64,000 nucleotides of DNA, from NCBI GenBank assembly GCA_963827165.1, contig CAWGZR010000011.1:1-64000 (forward strand). The letters are read 5' to 3'. Positions 10,503 to 20,989 of the stretch are shown piece after piece. Made by a program: the position numbers and the translations under genes. Position 1 is the stretch's first letter; every line of letters begins with the position of its first letter. This DNA is from Candidatus Bathyarchaeota archaeon (GTDB lineage: Archaea; Thermoproteota; Bathyarchaeia; Bathyarchaeales; Bathycorpusculaceae). Below the pieces are notes generated by a model. That model ran no database searches. It had not been told where the DNA came from and worked only from the letters and a program-made list of their open reading frames with translations.

Positions 10503-11282
10503 CTAAATTGGTTTCCCAATCAGGAATGGCTGCATTTCGTCGTGCAGACTGATTTGCCTGCAATGTAATGTCCAAGTGTAGCCTAAAGATTCAAGGATTT
10601 TTTCAATTCTATGTTTTTCCTCTTCAAATGTTTGCGCTGCTTTGCCGGTTTGTTTGTGGACTTCGATGACTAAACGGGGCTTATACTTCTGGATGGTTTC
10701 TTTTGCCCCCTGCAGAATCGGGGTTTCATAGCCTTCAGTATCTATTTTTATGACGCCTACGGCGGGCAAACTCAAGCTATCTAGTTTGCGTATAGCCACG
10801 TTGACTGTTCCCCCTCCCGGCAAATTAATCTCTTGATCCACGACCCCGCCCTTGTCGAAAGCGGCAAATCCCAAACGCCCTATTCTGTCCGTATCTCCTA
10901 AGGCGTAAGGGTAAGGGTGAAGGTTAGGATATTTGGCAGATCTTTCTTTCATTTGGGAGAAAGCTTTTGGTCCCGGTTCAAAAGCGTAAACTTCAAATCC
11001 TCTTTTTGCAACGTAAAACGCCCAACATCCAACGTTTGCACCTACATCGACAAAGCTTTTTCCAGGTTCAGGCAACATGTATGGTGCGAGGAAGTTTTCG
11101 CTTCCCATGTCTTCGCTCGTTTCATCGCCTGGGGTGTTGAAGAAATCGTAAACGGCCGCGGGCAAAGGGATCCTTCTGCGGTTGACTATGCGTAGAAGGA
11201 GTAGTACGTTTGCCCGAAAGTCCAGTTTGTTAAAGGCTATGTCGTCAATCTGGACTTTTGCTTTTTTGATGTACGATGCCAT
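10503..11282 (-). CDS. FkbM-family methyltransferase
   Basis: VDVGANVG, AFEP and IKIDTEGYE motifs. Confidence 0.9.
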   Translation of the reverse strand: MASYIKKAKVQIDDIAFNKLDFRANVLLLLRIVNRRRIPLPAAVYDFFNTPGDETSEDMGSENFLAPYMLPEPGKSFVDVGANVGCWAFYVAKRGFEVYAFEPGPKAFSQMKERSAKYPNLHPYPYALGDTDRIGRLGFAAFDKGGVVDQEINLPGGGTVNVAIRKLDSLSLPAVGVIKIDTEGYETPILQGAKETIQKYKPRLVIEVHKQTGKAAQTFEEEKHRIEKILESLGYTWTLHCRQISLHDEMQPFLIGKPI

Positions 11283-11389
11283 GGCTTAAAGAATCTTGGC
11301 AGAAATATATATCATTATTTGGTGTCGTCGAAAAAACCGGAGTATGCTATCCGCCTCAGTTTGCTGATGTCTGAGACTGTTTTCGGCGG

Positions 11390-11671
11390 TTACTTTTTGC
11401 GGTAATTCTTTATCGGCGTAAGCGGAATAGTGTAGGTTTCCATAACGCCTTCTACTAAACGGATTTTGTCGCCCACGAAATGCAGGGCGTTTTCGTTCGT
11501 ATCTGCCTGAAAAAGAATCGCGAAATCCCATCTGCCGAATACTTGATATGCTTCCTCAAGCGTTACGCCTTCAATCGGATTTTCGCTGAACTCCATCAGT
11601 GGCTCATACAGTTTCGCAGCCATGTTAGGGCTAATCCTAATCATGGCCAAGTACTTCTGCGCTTTTCCCAA
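11390..11671 (-). CDS. GYD-like / Lrp ligand-binding ferredoxin-fold protein
   Basis: VFGRWDFAILF motif; paralog of 4093..4377. Confidence 0.6.
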   Translation of the reverse strand: MGKAQKYLAMIRISPNMAAKLYEPLMEFSENPIEGVTLEEAYQVFGRWDFAILFQADTNENALHFVGDKIRLVEGVMETYTIPLTPIKNYRKK

Positions 11672-11853
11672 ACAGGTTCACCACCAGCCAAACTGTTAGG
11701 CGCGTTAAAAAATATTGTCCTTGGCCAATTCCGCGTGAGTTGAAAGTGAATTAAAGGCCTTCTTGTCCAATCGTAAGATCCAACTTTTAGCAGTAACTTT
11801 TATTTGCTTAGTCTTTAATGTGAAGGGTGTAAAACTGGGTAATCCAGACCTGT

Positions 11854-11930
11854 GCCTCGATAGCTCAGCCCAGTAGAGCGGCTGCCTTGTAAGCAGCAGG
11901 CCGCGGGAGCGAGGCCCGCTCGAGGCTCCA
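11854..11930 (+). tRNA. tRNA-Thr(TGT) with non-canonical D and T loops
   Basis: all four stems pair perfectly; anticodon loop CT-TGT-AA; T73 and encoded CCA; T loop AGCGAGG. Confidence 0.85.
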
Positions 11931-11940
11931 AAACTCCTCT

Positions 11941-12192
11941 CTAAACTTCTGTTTCTTCTTCGTCCGCTTTCGCTTCAAGCTTGGCTTTGATGGCTTTAGG
12001 GTCCAAAATCAACAGCTTATATTTGCGGGCTTGTGTGGAGACGAGTTCGTTTTCGAAGAGTTTTTTGAGTGAACGGAAGGTTTTCTTGGATGTTTCGCCC
12101 GTCTTGTCTGACAACTCCTGCAGGCTTAGTTCTTTTCCTTCGGTTCTGAGTGTGGCTACCACTTTTTCGTCGACTTTGTTGAGTTTAACCAT
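11941..12192 (-). CDS. small winged-helix protein
   Basis: ELSLQELSDKTGETSKKTFRSLKKL HTH pattern. Confidence 0.65.
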   Translation of the reverse strand: MVKLNKVDEKVVATLRTEGKELSLQELSDKTGETSKKTFRSLKKLFENELVSTQARKYKLLILDPKAIKAKLEAKADEEETEV

Positions 12193-12292
12193 GACTATTT
12201 TTCCCTCTGGTTTTGTTGTTGTTATGTGGTGTTTGGGTTTTTCAATTTATCGGTTAGGCAGGTGGTAAAAACGCTTTCTTGGAAAGACTAGT

Positions 12293-12611
12293 AGCGGTGG
12301 ACCGCTGCGGTTTGACGTCTAGACTCCGCATGGCGCTTCATGCCCTACGCTCTTACCCGCATCCCCTTGAGCGCGTAGCGTCCAAACTTAGGTTGCTCTC
12401 TCCCGAGCCTAGCCGGGTTCGCCTGGTAGACAATGAAACAACTCCCCTACGGAAGTTGCCCACAGACCGCCAGCCCCAAAGGACGGATAGTCAATGTTTC
12501 GGACATGAAGATCCAAGCGGCCTTTTACGCCTCACCCGCAGGTGTCAGCCCGTCATATAGAGGGTTTACGGTTTCAATGGACCCCTACCCCACCGCCTAA
12601 GATCCACCGCC
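12293..12611 (-). ncRNA. ffs: archaeal SRP (7S) RNA
   Basis: minus strand: terminal helix GGCGGTGGA/TCCACCGCT, helix 6 CAACTTCC-GTAG-GGGAGTTG, helix 8 GGCTAGGCTC-GGGA-GAGAGCAACC; ~320 nt. Confidence 0.9.
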
Positions 12612-12770
12612 GAAGGTGTAAGGGACACATCAATCTTTAAAAGTTTCGCAGTTGAGAGCTGGTTTCGCCTGACGTTGACGGGGATAGGTGAATTTGAAGT
12701 GCATCAACAACATAAAACCGTTTTACCCAAGTCATTGGGGGGGATGTCAAAGACAAAGAATTGCCCCGCT

Positions 12771-13193
12771 TTACCAACCTAAGAGTACTTTGAATATTCC
12801 TAGTGCTATTGCCATGGACACCACAGCGCTAAGCACCGTTCCTGTGATCAAAGTTGGGTAAAAATTGTTTGACTGTATTCCCAACAGGCGACCAACGATT
12901 GCTACCTGTATGGGCGAGAGCACAAACACGCCGGCTATTATGCCTAACACAGCATATTTGTTGATGAGTCTTTGGCCCCTTGCGGTTCTTCTTTCAAACC
13001 AACTTCTCCAGCCTTTTTTCCAATTTAGCAATCTATCAATCAGGAATATGGCGGCAAAAACTGTGATAATATTTATCGTGAGCGTTGTTGCAAAAACGAA
13101 GAGTGGGTTGAATCCAACCGCAACTCCGTAGAGCATGCCTCCTCCGCTTTCAAAGACGATAGATATGATAATGTAGAGGAGGAGCTCGTACAT
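12771..13193 (-). CDS. small multidrug-export-like membrane protein
   Basis: four hydrophobic segments with a basic central loop. Confidence 0.6.
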   Translation of the reverse strand: MYELLLYIIISIVFESGGGMLYGVAVGFNPLFVFATTLTINIITVFAAIFLIDRLLNWKKGWRSWFERRTARGQRLINKYAVLGIIAGVFVLSPIQVAIVGRLLGIQSNNFYPTLITGTVLSAVVSMAIALGIFKVLLGW

Positions 13194-13399
13194 TCAGAGG
13201 CACCGCTTCATAGATTATTGTTAGGGCTAATATGGCTTTTTCAATGTTCGCAGAATTACATTCCACCCGAAGTCGAGTTTACGCGAAAAATCAAATTTGG
13301 TCTGCAAAGCTTTCAAATCCAAAGAGCTTCTCTTTTTGAGCTCTAGAAAAGTTTCTATAATCGAAAAAGATTGGTTGATAAACATAGGTTGTATTTCTT

Positions 13400-13966
13400 A
13401 TGAAAAAATCTTTGGGTGCAAAAACAATCGTTCCTACGACGCCTGTCTGGGTTGTGGGAACGTACGATCAAGAGGGAAAACCAAATGTCATGACTGCTGC
13501 TTGGGGAGGAGTTTGCTGCTCACAACCGCCTTGCATCTACGTATCTCTAAGAAAAGCCACATACACTTATGGTAATATTGTTGAGCGGAAAGCATTTACA
13601 GTTAGCATCCCGTCCGAGTCCTATGCCAAAGAGGCGGATTACTGTGGAATGACTTCGGGAAAAACAGTGGATAAATTCGCGGTGACAGGGCTCACCCCCG
13701 TGAAAAGCGATGTTGTTGACGCTCCCTACGTGAAAGAATTTCCCCTCATCATAGAGTGCAAAGTCATCAAAATAGTTGAGATTGGGCTACACACGGAGTT
13801 TATCGGGGAAATTATGGATGTCAAAGCTGACACTTCTGTCCTAAATGAAAAGAGCCTTCCGGACATTGAAAAAGTAAACCCCATAATCTGGAATCCCTCA
13901 GAAATGACCTATCATAAAATTGGGAAAGCCATTGGACAAGCCTTCTCGATTGGAAAAGGAAAATGA
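13400..13966 (+). CDS. flavin reductase family protein
   Basis: [25 protein letters not shown] and HTEFIGEI motifs. Confidence 0.9.
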   Translation: MKKSLGAKTIVPTTPVWVVGTYDQEGKPNVMTAAWGGVCCSQPPCIYVSLRKATYTYGNIVERKAFTVSIPSESYAKEADYCGMTSGKTVDKFAVTGLTPVKSDVVDAPYVKEFPLIIECKVIKIVEIGLHTEFIGEIMDVKADTSVLNEKSLPDIEKVNPIIWNPSEMTYHKIGKAIGQAFSIGKGK

Positions 13967-14378
13967 AGGTGCAATGCGGACGCTCGTTCCTGCAATTGTA
14001 AGAAAGTTTATTCCTTCTTGCCTCTTGCAGTCAGCTTGAGCGCTGCCACGACTATCAACGACATTGGTAAGTCAGATGCTGCTCCGTCGATTATGTCAAG
14101 CGAATTTAACCCTGAAAAGGTGGCTGCCTTGGGAATACCAAAGCTATGGGGTTCCTTTAGGGCTGATGCGAGAATAGTGGCGGTTTTAGTTTCTGGAGAG
14201 GAAAAAGCAGTAACAGGTGAAATCCAAGCATTTCCATTCCTGTAGGTGATGCTTACGATTGCGAAGCGTCTGGGCTTGAAGTTTCGCCGTTTGAAGGATG
14301 CTAAAATCGTAGAATGATGCCCCGTTAAGTGTCAATGTATATGTTACAGACTGCTTTGAGCGGTTGGTAGAGATGTTT

Positions 14379-14633
14379 TTACCTGTTCAGAATGCGTTTT
14401 AGACGGTTTGCTTTCTTGATTATTGGGGTTGCGGGTTCGTTTAGGTTTTGTTGTTTTTTCTTTTGTAAATTGCGGTATCTCACCATTGAGAATGCGACTG
14501 TGGTGACGGCAATTAGAATTATCACGATTTCTAAGATCAAGTATAAGCTAACGCTAGTTTGAGTTTTGTAACTTCCCAGGATTGATGCCGGTTGGCTGAT
14601 TACTATCGGGGAGGTTGCGTTGGCGTCTGTCAA
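14379..14633 (-). CDS. possible small membrane-anchored protein or remnant
   Basis: one TM followed by a basic tail; start uncertain. Confidence 0.3.
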   Translation of the reverse strand: MTDANATSPIVISQPASILGSYKTQTSVSLYLILEIVIILIAVTTVAFSMVRYRNLQKKKQQNLNEPATPIIKKANRLKRILNR

Positions 14634-15079
14634 AATGTATTGCTTGTTCGCGTTTGAGGTTGCTACTGAAGTTTCAAAGCTGAAAGTAAGTTGCGTGCCA
14701 CTATTGACCCCCTGATTGGCAGCTAAAGGCGAGAAAAATCGAGTAAGATTTCTTTGTCGTTTCCACTGTATCTCCCCCTTTTTCTCCTGTTCTGTGCATA
14801 GTTGCCTGATAATTTATAAATTTATTCATAAATAGAGGTAATTACTTGAATATTAAATATTAATAAACAAAAACAATTAATTTGCAAAGTATTGAAATTT
14901 GGGTGAAGCGAAACCACGGAAAGCTTTATTCAAAATAACTCATTTGTTTCGCGAATTGCCAAAATAATTTAGTAAACGGTCGGTTAGTTTCCTGGAAGCT
15001 TTGCATGTTTCCCATATCAAAACTTGGCGGTAAGATTTTTTGGAACTGGATTTATTGGGGTTTTTTGCAAAAGTTTTAA

Positions 15080-16069
15080 GTGCCAAAAAGGAATCAGTTG
15101 GTTGCAAGCGAGAAGGGAATAGTAAAGATGAGTAGCAAAAGCACTGTTGATAGATTGAAGAATTTGGAAGAAGAAAAGCTGAGCCTCATAGCTGAAGTTG
15201 AAAATCTCAAAATGTTGGCTGACGCCAAGGCTAACGCATTAGCGAATGAAATTGCCTCTTTAAGAGCGGAAATCAAATCGTTAGCTGCCTTGATAGGGGA
15301 AGAAAAACCGCAACTGTCATCAAACGGAGAGTCTCCTAAAGAACGAGATTTGAAAAACGCAAAAGAGCTTGCCGAGAAAACCCTTACTGCGTCAAATCAG
15401 CTTGGAAACCAGGTTTTTGCAGCTTCGCCATTTAGCCAAAACTATGATAAATGGTTATCAGATATGCGCCAAATCGTCTCGGATTTCGAGTCAAATTCGC
15501 CAATACATGCGGATGAAGAGTTTGCCAAGGAACGTTCAAAAATTCTTCTTGACGTTGAAAGTGCACTCAAAAAGGAAGAAGTTGAAGAAGCAAACGTAGG
15601 CGTGGTTGCAAAGGCTCTAGCTGACAACAATCATCTTTTGGCGGAGACGGATAAGGAATACGCTGAAAAAGCGAGGGAACTTACGCTGAAGCGAGCTTCG
15701 GAAACTGAACGTCTTTCAAACCGCATACGTCAGTTGGAAATTGAAGCGCAAGCCCAAGAGGAAGAAAATAGTAAACGAAAGATTCTCAAAAAGAAAACTG
15801 ATGATAAGGTTCCTCAAATACGGTTGGATCTGAGGTTTGCTAAAAATGAGTTAGAAGCGTCACAAGAGAATTTTACGTCTGAACAAGATAAGCTTCATGA
15901 AGTCTATGAGACGAAAAAGTATGATATCATGACACAAGTGGAGAGCCTACGAAGGCAGCTGGATATGATGGAAATAGACACATCGATAGAGGTAAGGCAA
16001 GCAGCAAGTAAAGCGCTGGCTAATGCTGTGAACTCTCTAATAGAGAGGACATCATCCATCGTATTATAA
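15080..16069 (+). CDS. coiled-coil hypothetical protein
   Basis: long ORF with heptad repeats; likely ATG at 15128. Confidence 0.7.
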   Translation: MPKRNQLVASEKGIVKMSSKSTVDRLKNLEEEKLSLIAEVENLKMLADAKANALANEIASLRAEIKSLAALIGEEKPQLSSNGESPKERDLKNAKELAEKTLTASNQLGNQVFAASPFSQNYDKWLSDMRQIVSDFESNSPIHADEEFAKERSKILLDVESALKKEEVEEANVGVVAKALADNNHLLAETDKEYAEKARELTLKRASETERLSNRIRQLEIEAQAQEEENSKRKILKKKTDDKVPQIRLDLRFAKNELEASQENFTSEQDKLHEVYETKKYDIMTQVESLRRQLDMMEIDTSIEVRQAASKALANAVNSLIERTSSIVL

Positions 16070-16242
16070 TCGCCTCAAAAGACCGGCTGTAAATGAGAGT
16101 AACAAAGCTTATCTTCTTCCTTATGACGAATGAGAACTGCGTGGTCAAGTTCGATGGGTAGGAGTACCGATTGAGTTTTCTGGCAGTCGTTTTGACGGTG
16201 AAAGTCGATTGATGGCATGGTTGGCCGAAAACGGGTGAATAG

Positions 16243-16969
16243 GTGAAAAGCGATCATGTTGAATACGGCCTAAAAGAAGGTGTTGAGAGAATCAACCAAA
16301 CAATAGCAAATAGGGACAACGCCTTCGTGGAATTGGACGGCATTCCTGCTCGCGCTGACTTAACCTACACCAACGGATTTTACGTTAAATGCTCAGGCTC
16401 TATTTGTGAATATTCGACAGTCATCTGAACCGATCGATTTTCAACAAGACAAAGTGCTTGCAAAACTTTACAGAGCCTGTGTTTCCGAGGTTTTTGCCGT
16501 AATCAATGGTAATCCAAAATGTGCTGAAATAAATTTAGCCGGTGATTTTGTTTGGGGAATATTTGATACTCCGTGGAGCGAGAATATCGACGAGCTTTTC
16601 TCTACGGGAGCAAAAATATCATCAGTTATCGATATAATGAATTACAAATTTAAGAAGAATAATTTGAAAGAAATAACAATTGGAATTGGCATATCTTACG
16701 GGAAAGCCTTAGTTTTGAAAACTGGCTACAAACACAGTTCCGTTAGCGAAGTTATTTGGTTAGGAGATGTTGTTAAAGAAGCTTCTAAACTTGCGAGTTA
16801 TGGAAACAAAGAATCCGCAGATAGGGAGACCATGGTTTCAGAATTAGTTTACTACAATTTAAGTGACGAGAACAAAAAAATGTTGACTTTAAATTCAGCC
16901 AGAAACTGCTAACACGGAGACATAGTTAATTCATACATAAATAATTGGTACAAACTAAATTGCCCTTGA
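16243..16969 (+). pseudogene. disrupted class III nucleotide cyclase (Pycsar-cyclase-like)
   Basis: LTYTNGFYVKCS-ALFVNIRQSS, AGD, GIGISYG and WLGDVV..ASKL motifs; frameshift ~16397, in-frame TAA at 16910-16912, first metal-binding Asp reads Asn. Confidence 0.7.
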
Positions 16970-17155
16970 CACGGATCAATTGTAGTTCGATAACCTGCCT
17001 AAATCCCAGGTAATTACTGCCTGTTTTCTCTGATTTAAATCGTCTAAGACTTGAACGCTTAGAAAGTATTAGGCGTGACTTTGGTGCCCTTATATACGTC
17101 AAAATGCGGACCGTCTTATCGCCCTTAATCAATGCCCGTTGAGTGGCAGCTCCTC

Positions 17156-17713
17156 TTATCCACGATTTCTCTTATGCCGTTCAATGTTGTTGGCAGCTTC
17201 CAGAATTTCTTGAGCTTGCTTGGAGTTTAACCTAAACTTCCCCTCACCTGATTCGGTAACTGCTCCTTCAACTTCACTTGGCTTCAAGTAACTTTTGCTT
17301 AAACCTTCAAGTAGAAGTGTCCAAGTGCTCCAAACCTTAAGTCTGTACATTTTGGCAAGGTCGGATAGAAGTTTGTCATCAACCAACAATTCTGCCTTTT
17401 TTTCAACAGCCAATAATAGGGTGATAGCGTCCGATTTAGAAATATTTTCGCCTTCAGACAACTTCAAAGCACGTTCAGTTAAATCTTCAGCAACAGCCTC
17501 AAATCTTAGCCAGCCATCATTCAAAGCTTTGCCAATTGCTTTTGCATCAACATAGCTCTGCCGAACACCTTCATCAAAAGCTTCAACTTTAACTTGCTCT
17601 GCAACTAGTACGACCCCAAAAAGTTGATTTAATAAATTTAGCTTCTTAATCTGGGATAGGTGAATTAGCGGTCCTGCATCAGAAACCACTGCAGCCAAGC
17701 ACTTATTCTCCAT
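17156..17713 (-). CDS. PIN-domain protein (DUF3368-like)
   Basis: VVSDAGPLIHL and LLVDD motifs. Confidence 0.85.
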   Translation of the reverse strand: MENKCLAAVVSDAGPLIHLSQIKKLNLLNQLFGVVLVAEQVKVEAFDEGVRQSYVDAKAIGKALNDGWLRFEAVAEDLTERALKLSEGENISKSDAITLLLAVEKKAELLVDDKLLSDLAKMYRLKVWSTWTLLLEGLSKSYLKPSEVEGAVTESGEGKFRLNSKQAQEILEAANNIERHKRNRG

Positions 17714-18038
17714 ACTTTTCCTTCAAATACTCTGCGACACCCTCAGCGTCCCAGTTAACCGCAATGCACTTGCGTTCCAGCAACTCCAAGAATTCCCTCA
17801 AGGAAATACCTAGAATTTCTGCACCACGTCCGGCGCTTATTTTGCCTTTCGCGTAAAGACTTGCCACTTTGTCACGTAAGCCGTCCTCTATGAATTCTTT
17901 AAATAGTGTGGAGCGGTCGACATTTTCCAGAGCTTGAACAGCTTCAACTCTGCGCAAGTTGCGATTTGATAAACGCAGGGTTACTACGCTATTTTTTTCT
18001 GTTTGGCTCATCTTTTCACCCAATTCTCTGGAATACAA
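17703..18038 (-). CDS. UPF0175-family antitoxin
   Basis: LYAKGKISAGRGAEILGISLREFLELL; coupled to the PIN gene. Confidence 0.85.
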   Translation of the reverse strand: MYSRELGEKMSQTEKNSVVTLRLSNRNLRRVEAVQALENVDRSTLFKEFIEDGLRDKVASLYAKGKISAGRGAEILGISLREFLELLERKCIAVNWDAEGVAEYLKEKYGE

Positions 18039-18126
18039 TGTAAATACATAAATATTGTTGAAAAAAATCGACGCCCTGAGTAAGTGAGGGCAGGGTTACG
18101 AGTAAAAGATGAGGAATAGCTCAGGG

Positions 18127-19686
18127 TCATTCGATCTTTGCGGTGATCCAGACGAACATGGGTCCGATTACTTCTATTGTCTTCTTGTTTGAGCGAAGGA
18201 ACCTACTTACGGCGTCGTCAGTCTCCATGTTTACATCCGTTAGGCTACGAATCATTTTTGCTTCAACGATGACTTCTTTTTCGTTTTTCGCAATTGCTTG
18301 CTCTATCTCATAGGATGCCTTGTTGGCTAATCCCAGCATGTAACTGTAAGGGGTCTTAAGTGCGCCTTCGGGAACTTTGTTTGGCATTGCTCCAATGATG
18401 TTTGAATCTTTAACCACAATTGGGTTTAGCGCAGCCGGGCCGAGAAGCTTCTTTTTCTCTTCGTTCTTGACAATTTTAACTGTTAGTTTCTTGTTCATGA
18501 AGTTTCCTTCAAACGCTGTAAGTTTTGCCGGGGTCGGGTCATTGGCATGCTTAACTGCGGTTTCGAAAATCATATCGGCTAGATTTTTGCCTTCCGGGGT
18601 TTTGGGGGCATCAATCAACCTTAATGAGTTCGCAACTTCTTGTGAGCTGAAGACCTTGGTTTGGTACATGTATGGGTAAACGACTTTTCTGATGTCGTTT
18701 TCGCCGGAGAGAATCATCAGCATTCTTTCAAGCCCGAAGCCAAAGTTCCACACAGGATGCGTTATCTTGTATTTGCTGAGCGGCACTGGGCTGTAGAAGC
18801 CAGCGTCTCCGATTTCTAGCATTTTTTCCATTCGGGGGTGCTTCACGAAAATCTCAAATTCCGTTTGTGGCGCGTAGTATTTGGATGTGGCCGTTTTTCT
18901 AGTAAAACTGACTTTTTCAAACCCGAGTTTGGCAAATATTTGTCTCACGACTTCAAGCCCGTCTTCCACACTTAACTCATCCGCCATTATCACGATAGAA
19001 GCCGTTTGTGAATCGTAGAGGTGTGTTGCGTCAAGCTTCTGTTCCCGTCTGTATTTAGGTCCAATCGAGAACAGCTGAATTGGCAAAGGCTCGCGGTTCT
19101 GGTACTCTTGCAGAACACCGAACCAACCCGCTGTTGTGTGGCTCCTAAGTGTCATGCTCAGAGGAATCGGCTTGAGATCTTTGAGTTCCTTAAAGACGTC
19201 GTTAAGTAGACTTGTTGCCTGCTCCTCCTTAATCTTTAATTCGTTAACCATGATTTCGACTAGGTTGTCCGAGTCGATTTTGCCTTTTTTGTATTTGCGA
19301 AAGATCGCTTTTAGCTTGTCGAATGCGATAAAGTCCGGGACGATTTTTTTGATTTCTTCAATTTTTTTCTCGCTGATCCCAATGTCAGGTCTGTCTAAAC
19401 CTGCTAAGAAGAATATCCTGTCCAAAATCACAGGTGCCTCGGGACCATATTGCTGGTAGACTTCGCCCTTTTCAATGATGACTGGCACAATTGCTTCGGT
19501 GAAGCCGATTTCTAAGAGTGTGTTTCTAACCTTGAAAATGAGGCTGACTAAGTCATGTTCTTTTCTTTTGTTTTGCAGATTGAAGTAGTGTCCTTCCTGC
19601 TTAAGCAACTTGGCGGTTTCCAGCCAGGTTTTTTCGTAGTCAAGTTCAGAGTCTTTTTTGATTTTGTAAACATTAAATTTTACCAA
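18127..19686 (-). CDS. sepS: O-phosphoseryl-tRNA(Cys) synthetase
   Basis: QYGPEAPVILDRIFFLAGLDRPDIG, TLRSHTTAGWF, RREQ, SKYY, GLER and KLLGPA motifs; divergent from pscS. Confidence 0.93.
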   Translation of the reverse strand: MVKFNVYKIKKDSELDYEKTWLETAKLLKQEGHYFNLQNKRKEHDLVSLIFKVRNTLLEIGFTEAIVPVIIEKGEVYQQYGPEAPVILDRIFFLAGLDRPDIGISEKKIEEIKKIVPDFIAFDKLKAIFRKYKKGKIDSDNLVEIMVNELKIKEEQATSLLNDVFKELKDLKPIPLSMTLRSHTTAGWFGVLQEYQNREPLPIQLFSIGPKYRREQKLDATHLYDSQTASIVIMADELSVEDGLEVVRQIFAKLGFEKVSFTRKTATSKYYAPQTEFEIFVKHPRMEKMLEIGDAGFYSPVPLSKYKITHPVWNFGFGLERMLMILSGENDIRKVVYPYMYQTKVFSSQEVANSLRLIDAPKTPEGKNLADMIFETAVKHANDPTPAKLTAFEGNFMNKKLTVKIVKNEEKKKLLGPAALNPIVVKDSNIIGAMPNKVPEGALKTPYSYMLGLANKASYEIEQAIAKNEKEVIVEAKMIRSLTDVNMETDDAVSRFLRSNKKTIEVIGPMFVWITAKIE

Positions 19687-19800
19687 ACAAACATCCCTAC
19701 TTTAGCGTCAAGCAAGTTAGAGGCGTTTCCTCTGACATCTAAAACATGATAGAGATAATTATAAAAGGATTCCTGACCAGCTAGCTAATGGTGATTATGT

Positions 19801-20955
19801 GTGACTGAGGTTCTCGACACTTCTTGCCTGAAGAATTTGAGCCGCGAACGGGAAGGATTTATCAATATAGACCCGCTTCAGACAGGTGGTAAACTGTACC
19901 CCGAATCCAAAGTGGCGCTGCAAAACTGGGGAGACGGCTACTCCGTGTGCGATTTCTGCGGTGGACGATTAGACCAAATAAAAAACCCGCCTATTTTTGA
20001 CTTCATCTACACCATTCTGCCCAAGTTTCTTGAAGTTGACCTTGTTCGAGTTACCAATGGCGCACGGGAAGGCATCGACACCGTCATGCATTCAATTTGT
20101 AGCCCTGGTGACACTGTTGTCATAGACAAAAATGCGCACTACACTACCTATGTTGCCATAGAAAGAAACCACCTCAACATTCAGGAAGTCCTCAACAACG
20201 GGTACCCTGAATTCAAGATTGATCCGGAAAAATATGCGGCTGCAATAGAAGACGTCAAGAAAAACACTGGCAAACTTCCAACCCTAACCCTCCTTACTTA
20301 CCCGGATGGCGCTTACGGCAACGTGGTCGATGCAAAACGGGTCGGCGAAATCTCCCACCAATACGGCATTCCCTTCCTCGTCAACGCTGCCTACGGCATA
20401 GGCAGGATGCCTATCTCTGTGCGTGAACTTGGCTGCGACTTCATCGTTGGCTCGGGACACAAAAGCATGTCTGCGTGCGGGCCAATAGGCGTGTTAGGAC
20501 TGAGGAAGGAGCATGAAGAAAAGATCCTGCGGAAATCAAAATTCTACAAAGTTAAAGAAGTAGAGCTTTTAGGCTGCACTGCAAGGGGCGCATCACTGAT
20601 AACTTTGATGGCTAGCTTTCCATACGTGGCTGAAAGAGTCAAGAATTGGCCAGAAGAAGTCCGCAAAGCAAGATGGTTTTCTTGCGAAATCGAGAATCTG
20701 GGTCTAAAGCAGCTGGGCGACAAACCGCACAATCACGACCTAATGTTCGTTGAGTCGCCTAAATTCTTTGAAATCTCGCAGACTCACCCGAAACGCGGTT
20801 ATTTCCTGCACTCCGACCTAAAAGAAAGGGGAATAGTGGGCATAAAACCCGGGCTAACAAAAAACTTCAAGATGTCGACATTTATGGTGAAGGAAGATGA
20901 CCTAAGAAAAGTCATAAACGCCTTTAAAGAAATCATAAGCAAATACAGCGCCTAA
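19801..20955 (+). CDS. pscS: Sep-tRNA:Cys-tRNA synthase (SepCysS)
   Basis: INIDPLQTGGKL, DGYSVCDFC, GSGHKS and ELLGCT motifs. Confidence 0.95.
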   Translation: MTEVLDTSCLKNLSREREGFINIDPLQTGGKLYPESKVALQNWGDGYSVCDFCGGRLDQIKNPPIFDFIYTILPKFLEVDLVRVTNGAREGIDTVMHSICSPGDTVVIDKNAHYTTYVAIERNHLNIQEVLNNGYPEFKIDPEKYAAAIEDVKKNTGKLPTLTLLTYPDGAYGNVVDAKRVGEISHQYGIPFLVNAAYGIGRMPISVRELGCDFIVGSGHKSMSACGPIGVLGLRKEHEEKILRKSKFYKVKEVELLGCTARGASLITLMASFPYVAERVKNWPEEVRKARWFSCEIENLGLKQLGDKPHNHDLMFVESPKFFEISQTHPKRGYFLHSDLKERGIVGIKPGLTKNFKMSTFMVKEDDLRKVINAFKEIISKYSA

Positions 20956-20989
20956 GAAATCACGGTTTCGATGGCTTAGCTCGCCACGT

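Noticed and set aside
12279-12560. 93-aa plus-strand ORF
   Set aside because: Shadow of the SRP RNA on the opposite strand.
14000-14330. Open frames on both strands downstream of the flavin reductase gene
   Set aside because: No credible start or motif; possibly a decayed gene, but unsupported.
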